A stretch of 64,000 nucleotides of DNA. Source: Alphaproteobacteria bacterium (GTDB lineage: Bacteria > Pseudomonadota > Alphaproteobacteria > Bin95). Positions 58,440 to 64,000 of the stretch are shown here, piece by piece. The notes below the pieces were generated by a model. The model searched no databases and was not told the DNA's origin. It saw nothing but the letters and a program-made list of their open reading frames with translations. How positions within the stretch are numbered: position 1 is the first letter of the stretch; every line of letters begins with the position of its first letter. The translations under genes were made by a program, and so were the position numbers. Location: NCBI GenBank assembly GCA_965205265.1, contig CBDBGH010000003.1, positions 4,640,001 to 4,704,000 of the forward strand, read 5' to 3'.

Positions 58440-58670
58440 ACCTCGAACATCCCCCGCCGCGCGTCCTCCAGCAGCGCCTGGACGCCGGGGCGCAGGATCA
58501 CGCTGTCGCCCGAGATGGCGGAGTCCCTGTAGGCGCCCGCCACCTTCCAGCCCTCGCGCGCGGCGCGCTCGCGGCAGATGCGGAACTGGTCCTCTATGGA
58601 AGCCGCCCGCTGCTGGTCGGACGAGTAGCGGGCATACAGCGCGCAGCGAAGGGGCATGATGAAGGGTCTC

Positions 58671-58889
58671 CTATCTCTCGCCGGCCTCCCCGGTCGGTGC
58701 ATTGTCGTTGGCCGCGGCGCGCCTGTCGAATTGCTCGCGCGCGATGCGCCGCCCGAGCAGCCAGGCCAGCCTCGCCACGGCGGCATCGACCCGCGCTTCC
58801 GGATCGTCTGTCCTGGCTCCCGGGCCGGGATTGTCGTTCGCCGCCGCGCCGCCCGTGGCGGCAATCCCGCGTTCCCCGCTCTCCGGCAT
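58671..58889 (-). CDS. Small hypothetical protein upstream of the serine recombinase
   Basis: AVARLAWLLGRRIAREQF helix with two AANDN motifs; GAGGGG RBS; co-oriented with the recombinase. Confidence 0.55.
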   Translation of the reverse strand: MPESGERGIAATGGAAANDNPGPGARTDDPEARVDAAVARLAWLLGRRIAREQFDRRAAANDNAPTGEAGER

Positions 58890-59072
58890 CCCCTCGCGCC
58901 TCCCGTAGCACCATGCTTCCGGGAACAGGTCTGGGTCCGCGGTCCGGCCCTGTCAAACCGGTCATGTATGGGAGTTCCCGCATCGAATCATCCCCTTGCG
59001 TGCCCTTGGCCGCCCCTGGCGCGGCATGCCGCGCCAGGGGGATGATCGACAAAAAATCGCCGGCCGCGCGAC

Positions 59073-59480
59073 TCATGATCCTTCCCGATCGAAGAGCGGA
59101 ATACCCATGGCGCGGGCGACGGCGGTCATGCGCTGGTCGTGGCTCGCGAGCGTCACCTCCTGACCGTTCTCGGCCAGATACGCGCACGACGCCAGATGCA
59201 GGGCGTCGAGGGTCCGCAATGTTAGCGGACCGGGGCCGGGAAACGCCTCCAGCGCCCGCGCCAGAACCCGCCGGCTCAGCTCCAGCAGCGCGACCCGCCC
59301 GAGCAGACCGCGGGCCGCCTCGCCATGCGACCCGGCAAGCCCGCGCCGGTGCAGCGCAGTCCATATCTCGTATTCCAGCAGCCGGCTGGAGACCAGGGTC
59401 TCGTCCCACAGCGAGACCGGCGGCTGTTGATCCTCGGTGAGGAGATGCGCAAGCGCGACCGACGTGTCGAGATAGATCAC
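59073..59480 (-). CDS. vapC: PIN-domain (VapC) toxin
   Basis: IYLDTS, LRTLDALHLA, SHDQR; GTGA overlap with the antitoxin. Confidence 0.88.
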   Translation of the reverse strand: MIYLDTSVALAHLLTEDQQPPVSLWDETLVSSRLLEYEIWTALHRRGLAGSHGEAARGLLGRVALLELSRRVLARALEAFPGPGPLTLRTLDALHLASCAYLAENGQEVTLASHDQRMTAVARAMGIPLFDREGS

Positions 59481-59770
59481 CGGTCGCGCCGGCTTTCGTC
59501 CAGCTCCGCCAGAACATCGTCCAACATGGCGACCGGCGGCGGCTTCGGCGGCATCCCCGAGCCGGACAGCGCCGGCGGCGCGAGAACGCCGGAGCGCACC
59601 GCGTCGGCCAGGAAGGCGTCGGCGAGGATCGGGCTCCGGGATTCCCTCAGCGGGCCGAGTTCCGCCACGACCTGATCGCGGTCGGTCACGAGAATCGTTT
59701 CGCCGGACGCCGCAAGCCGGACATATTCGCTCAGCTTGCTGTTCAGAACCTTGATCCCGACCGATCTCAT
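59477..59770 (-). CDS. Phd/YefM-family antitoxin
   Basis: MRSVGIKVLNSKLSEYVRLAASGETILVTDRDQVVAEL. Confidence 0.85.
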   Translation of the reverse strand: MRSVGIKVLNSKLSEYVRLAASGETILVTDRDQVVAELGPLRESRSPILADAFLADAVRSGVLAPPALSGSGMPPKPPPVAMLDDVLAELDESRRDR

Positions 59771-59778
59771 GCGCTCAA

Positions 59779-59798
59779 GGTAGCGACCGATCGCTACC
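59779..59798. promoter_or_regulatory. Putative TA autoregulatory operator
   Basis: Inverted repeat GGTAGCGA-CCGA-TCGCTACC 8 nt upstream of the antitoxin ATG. Confidence 0.6.
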
Positions 59799-59874
59799 GC
59801 GTCAACCGCCAGCGCCACCGCCAGCGCCAGCGGCCCTGCCCGTCAGGTGTCCCCGGACCTCCTGCGCCGGCCGT

Positions 59875-60630
59875 CTACCGGTAGATGTCGAACGGAAAAT
59901 ACCGGGCGCTGATCCTGCGGTAGGCGCCGTCGGCGAGGATCGACCGAAGCGCCCGGTTCAGCCGGTTGCGAAGCGCGTCGTCTTCCTTGCGCACCGCGAT
60001 GCCGATGCCCTCGTCGAGACGGTAGCCGTCGCCTACGAAAGCGAAGCCGGCGCCCTCGGGGGTCCCGAGCCAGCTCCAGAAGCCGAGGCTGTCGCCGAAC
60101 ACCGCATCCAGCCGGCCCTCGACAAGACCCCGCATGAGCGCGTCCTGACCGGCGTAGAGCCGGATGGCGGCAACTTTCGACAGGTTGGCGTCCAGCCAGT
60201 CCGAAGCGACGGTGGCGCGCGCCGCGCCGACGGTCCGGCCCGCCGGCGCGGCGGGATCGAAACCGGAGCCCTTGCGGGCCACGAAGCGGACGACGTTGCT
60301 GTAGTAGCGGTCGGTGAAAGCCACCAGACGCCGGCGCCTGTCGGTGATCGACATGCTGGAGACGATGGCGTCGAAACGGCCGGCGCGCAGGGCCGGGATC
60401 AGCTCTTCCCAGTCCCGGCGGACGAAGGCGCATTGGGTTTCCAGACGCGCGCAGAGCGCACGGGCGATGTCGATGTCGAAGCCGACGAGCCGGCCCGCAT
60501 CGTCGACCTCGCTGAACGGCGGGTAGGTGGGGTCGACGCCGATGCGCAGCCTCTCCGGCGCCGCGTCACCGCCGAACGCGGGTGCACAGGACAGCAGGGC
60601 AAGGAGGAATGCTGCGACCAGCCTCTTCAT
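59875..60630 (-). CDS. Polar amino-acid ABC transporter substrate-binding protein (HisJ/ArgT-like), orphan
   Basis: Signal peptide, YPPF, GFDIDIA, SMSITDRR, FTDRYY. Confidence 0.88.
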   Translation of the reverse strand: MKRLVAAFLLALLSCAPAFGGDAAPERLRIGVDPTYPPFSEVDDAGRLVGFDIDIARALCARLETQCAFVRRDWEELIPALRAGRFDAIVSSMSITDRRRRLVAFTDRYYSNVVRFVARKGSGFDPAAPAGRTVGAARATVASDWLDANLSKVAAIRLYAGQDALMRGLVEGRLDAVFGDSLGFWSWLGTPEGAGFAFVGDGYRLDEGIGIAVRKEDDALRNRLNRALRSILADGAYRRISARYFPFDIYR

Positions 60631-60855
60631 GGAACCCCGAACCTCCGACATCGCCATGGCGGAACCCTATGCCGCCGACCCCGCCCGCGCCAGCGGAGAT
60701 TGAAGTCCGCCGCGAAAGACGACGCCGACAGCCTTGAAGGGTGCAACACCGGCATTGCCCGTTTCGAGACCTGCCCGACCTTCACGCGCGTTGTGGTCCG
60801 CATGGCGGTCAGGTTGTCGTGGCGGCGAACGGCGGTTCCCGGATATGCTTCGCCG

Positions 60856-61725
60856 ATGCTCGTTCCTGTGCCCGACCCCTCGCCCGTGGACCGCCCAGAG
60901 GCGGATCGCCAGCCGGATCTGTTCGACGGCCGCGGCCGGGCCGATGTCCGCAGCCGGCGGGAACATCCGGTCCGGCCGGTGCTACCCGCGCCGGCCTCGC
61001 TCGGCGACGACGAACTGGCCGGACGGTTTGCGGAGGCGGGGCCGTCGGAGATCGACGCGCTGTGCGCAAAGGTCGTCGCGCGGCCGCTGCCGGCGGCGGT
61101 TCCGGCGCTGGAGGCGCTTTGGCGCCGATTTCACGGTTTCGGCATCGATCGGCCGCTGCGGGAACAGTGCGCCGTGCTGGAGACGCTGGCGCGGCTGGAT
61201 GGTTCCGGGACGCGGGCCGCGCTGAGGCGGATCGTTCTTTCAGCGGGCCTGCCTACCTCGCTGCTGCCAATTGCGCTGCGGTCCGCCGCCGATGCCGGGG
61301 TGGTCCTTCCTGCCGCCTTCGTCGCGGATTTTCTCGAACATGACGACCCGGCGTTGCGCCGGGCGGCCTTCGACCTTGCGCCCGGAGCGAAGATACCGGC
61401 GCCCCGGCTCCGGGAGGGGCTGTCCGACCGGGATCTTCCGATCCGCCTAGCGGCGGCGGCCGCGCTGGCGCATCGGGGCGATGCCTCGGGCCGGGACGTG
61501 CTGATCGCCGAATTGACGGTCGCGCCCTCGACCGCGCTCGTCGAGGCGCTGGGCGCGCTCGGCGACGACGCGGCGATCGTGTCTCTCGGGCGCTGCGCGA
61601 TGCGCCGCCCGGAATTCGCGCCAGTCGCGGTCGCCGTCCTGCGCGACATGGGCAATCCGCGTGCCGACAGGCTTGCCGCCCGCCTGGAGGCGGGGCCTGC
61701 TGGACCGGGAGAAGGGGCGGGATGA
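60856..61725 (+). CDS. HEAT/PBS-lyase-like repeat protein
   Basis: LEHDDPALRRAA, LSDRDLPIRLAAAAALA, ALGALGDDAAIVSL; start uncertain. Confidence 0.6.
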   Translation: MLVPVPDPSPVDRPEADRQPDLFDGRGRADVRSRREHPVRPVLPAPASLGDDELAGRFAEAGPSEIDALCAKVVARPLPAAVPALEALWRRFHGFGIDRPLREQCAVLETLARLDGSGTRAALRRIVLSAGLPTSLLPIALRSAADAGVVLPAAFVADFLEHDDPALRRAAFDLAPGAKIPAPRLREGLSDRDLPIRLAAAAALAHRGDASGRDVLIAELTVAPSTALVEALGALGDDAAIVSLGRCAMRRPEFAPVAVAVLRDMGNPRADRLAARLEAGPAGPGEGAG

Positions 61726-64000
61726 CGGCCGGCCGGCCGGCTCCGGATTCGTCCGCGCAGCACGACCTGCCTGGCATGGCGGGCGGCGGCGGGAGTGTCC
61801 CGACCGGCCGCGACGAGGCCGATGAGGCCGCACGGATTCGCGTCCGGCTTGCCGGCCTTGCCAAGGAGCGGGCGTCCCTTGAGACCCGGCTGGCGGAACT
61901 GGAACGGGCCCGCCCGGCCGTGCCGTACCGCGATCCGGCCGGGATGCCGGTGACGGACCGCTCGCCTCCGGATATGAAGATCGCGCTGTTCCGCGCGCTG
62001 TTTGCCGGCCGGGAGGACGTGTTCCCGCGGCGCTGGGAGAATGCCCGGACGGGCAAGGCCGGCTACGCGCCGGCCTGCGCCAACGAGTGGAAGCCGGGCT
62101 TGTGCGCCAAGCCGCGCGTGCGTTGCGGCGCCTGCCCCAACCGGGCCTTCCTGCCGGTGACCGACGCGGAAATCGCCGCCCACCTGCGCGGCCGCCATAC
62201 CGTCGGCGTCTATCCCCTGCTTCCGGACGGGACCTGCCGGTTCCTCGCGGCCGACTTCGACAAGGCGGCGTGGCGCCGCGACGCCGGGGCCTTCCTGGAC
62301 GCCTGCCGGTCAAAGGGGGTGCCGGCGGCGCTGGAGCGTTCGCGTTCGGGCCATGGCGGCCATGTCTGGCTCTTCTTCGCCGAACCGGTGTCCGCGGCGC
62401 TGGCGCGGCGGCTGGGCTCGCATCTGCTGACCGAGGCGATGGCACGCCATCCGGACATCGGGTTCGGTTCCTACGACCGGTTCTTCCCGAGCCAGGACAC
62501 GGTGCCCGAGGGCGGGTTCGGCAACCTGATCGCGCTGCCCCTCCAGGGCCGGCCGCGCGCGGACGGCAACAGCGTGTTCCTCGACGGGAACCTCGAACCC
62601 CATGCCGACCAGTGGGCGTATCTGTCGTCGCTGCGGCGCCTGCCGGAGGCAGAAGCGGAAGCGATCGTCGGCGAGGCCGCCCTTCGGGGCCGGATCGTCG
62701 GCCTGCGCCTCCCGCTGGAAGACCCCGAAACGGACGGTGGCGAAGAGCCTTGGGCCGCGCCGCCGTCGCGACGCCGAGCCCTGCCGCCCCTCTCCGGACC
62801 GCTGCCGGAGCGGATCGGGGCCGTGCTGGCGGACCGGCTTTACGTTCCGCGCGCCGGCCTGCCGCCGGGCCTGGTCGACCGCCTGGTGCGTCTGGCTGCG
62901 TTCCGGAACCCGGCCTTCCATGCCGCCCAGGCGATGCGGCGGTCGACTTGGGGCATTCCGCGCATCGTCGCCTGCGCCGAACTGCTCCCGAACCACGTGG
63001 CCCTGCCGCGCGGCTGCCGCGACGAGATGGGGTCGATGCTGGCGGAACACGGTATTGCGCTCGATGTCCGCGACGAGCGCAATCCGGGCCGACCGGTCGA
63101 GCCCGCCTTTCTGGGCGCGTTGACCCCCGAGCAGAAATCCGCCGCCGACGCGCTGCTGGCGCACGAGACCGGCGTGCTCGCGGCGGCGACCGGCTTCGGC
63201 AAGACGGTGGTCGCGGCCTCGGTCATCGCCGCGCGCGGGACGAACACGCTTGTCCTCGTTCACCGCCGCCAGCTGATGGACCAGTGGCTCGCCCGGCTCG
63301 GGGCGTTCCTTGACCTGCCCGCCTCCGCCCTCGGGCGGATCGGCGGCGGGACGCGCCGGCCGAGCGGCATGGTCGACGTCGCGGTGATCCAGAGCCTGGT
63401 GCGCAGGGGCGAGGTCGACGACATCGTGGCCGGCTACGGGCATCTCGTGATCGACGAGTGCCACCATCTGCCGGCAGTCAGCTTCGAGACGGTGGCGAGC
63501 CGCGCGAAGGCGAAATACGTGCTCGGGCTGTCGGCCACCGTGACCCGCCGGGACGGGCACCATCCGATCGTGTTCATGCAGTGCGGTTCGGTCCGGTATC
63601 GCACGCAGGCGAAGGCGGAGGCCCGGCGGCGCCCGTTCCGGCATCGCGCGGTGCTGCACGGCACGGCCTTCCGGCTGCCGGAGGACATGGGCGGGAAGCG
63701 CCCGGCGATCCAGCGGCTCTACGGGCTGCTGGCGGCGGACGGGGCACGCAACGACCTGATATTCGATGGCGTGCTGGCGGCGTTGGAGGCCGGGCGCTCG
63801 CCCATGGTGCTGACCGAGCGCCGCGACCACGCGGAACATCTCGCCGGCCGGCTGGAGGGCTTCGCCCGCAACGTCGTGCTGCTCAGGGGCGGGCTCGGCG
63901 TGCGCCGGCGGCGCGAGACCGCGGAGCGGCTCGACGCCATTGCCGACGGCGAGGAACGGGTGCTGGTCGCCGTCGGACGCTATGTCGGGGAGGGGTTCGA
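61722..64000 (+). CDS. AEP-primase-domain (TOTE-like) plus SF2 DEAD/ResIII helicase fusion; runs off the right edge
   Basis: Manual translation from the ATGA overlap: FRALFAGREDV, CANEW...C..C, FLAADFD, ERSRSGHGGHVW, YDRFFPSQD, GNLIALPLQ, AATGFGKT, IDECHH, LSAT. Confidence 0.88.
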   Translation, partial: MTAGRPAPDSSAQHDLPGMAGGGGSVPTGRDEADEAARIRVRLAGLAKERASLETRLAELERARPAVPYRDPAGMPVTDRSPPDMKIALFRALFAGREDVFPRRWENARTGKAGYAPACANEWKPGLCAKPRVRCGACPNRAFLPVTDAEIAAHLRGRHTVGVYPLLPDGTCRFLAADFDKAAWRRDAGAFLDACRSKGVPAALERSRSGHGGHVWLFFAEPVSAALARRLGSHLLTEAMARHPDIGFGSYDRFFPSQDTVPEGGFGNLIALPLQGRPRADGNSVFLDGNLEPHADQWAYLSSLRRLPEAEAEAIVGEAALRGRIVGLRLPLEDPETDGGEEPWAAPPSRRRALPPLSGPLPERIGAVLADRLYVPRAGLPPGLVDRLVRLAAFRNPAFHAAQAMRRSTWGIPRIVACAELLPNHVALPRGCRDEMGSMLAEHGIALDVRDERNPGRPVEPAFLGALTPEQKSAADALLAHETGVLAAATGFGKTVVAASVIAARGTNTLVLVHRRQLMDQWLARLGAFLDLPASALGRIGGGTRRPSGMVDVAVIQSLVRRGEVDDIVAGYGHLVIDECHHLPAVSFETVASRAKAKYVLGLSATVTRRDGHHPIVFMQCGSVRYRTQAKAEARRRPFRHRAVLHGTAFRLPEDMGGKRPAIQRLYGLLAADGARNDLIFDGVLAALEAGRSPMVLTERRDHAEHLAGRLEGFARNVVLLRGGLGVRRRRETAERLDAIADGEERVLVAVGRYVGEGF

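Overview
High-GC, probably alphaproteobacterial DNA. The gene mix (Fn3 autotransporter, Rpn, AAA/PD-(D/E)xK, DUF4338, toxin-antitoxin) resembles host-associated or sponge-symbiont genomes; this is inference only. Positions 1-18.5 kb look like core genome: a giant Fn3-repeat autotransporter missed by the ORF track, moeB, a DadA-like oxidoreductase, a CoA-transferase, a 2OG-Fe oxygenase, upp, an amidase, an adenine deaminase, a ComB-like phosphatase, an SDR, an aspartic protease, and ubiD between two tRNA-Leu genes. From tRNA-Leu(CAA) onward lies a mosaic accessory region. It holds a P4-type integrase, an IS66 and nested IS21s, tkt split by a four-gene IS21 with Zn-finger and DUF3991/Toprim passengers, and a GPP34-P450/kinase/MFS operon with a G12 frameshift tract. 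It continues with decayed defence genes and a RIT element with 108-bp inverted repeats inserted in an rpn gene. A tRNA-fMet att site is flanked by tyrosine and serine integrases, followed by a TA pair and an AEP-primase/helicase gene. The most unusual element is a tnpB gene with all RuvC catalytic residues, inside a 1337-bp unit bounded by 23-bp terminal inverted repeats and an 8-bp target duplication. These are DDE/IS1595-like hallmarks rather than IS200/IS605 or IS607 ones. All family calls come from motif recognition by eye; no database searches were run.
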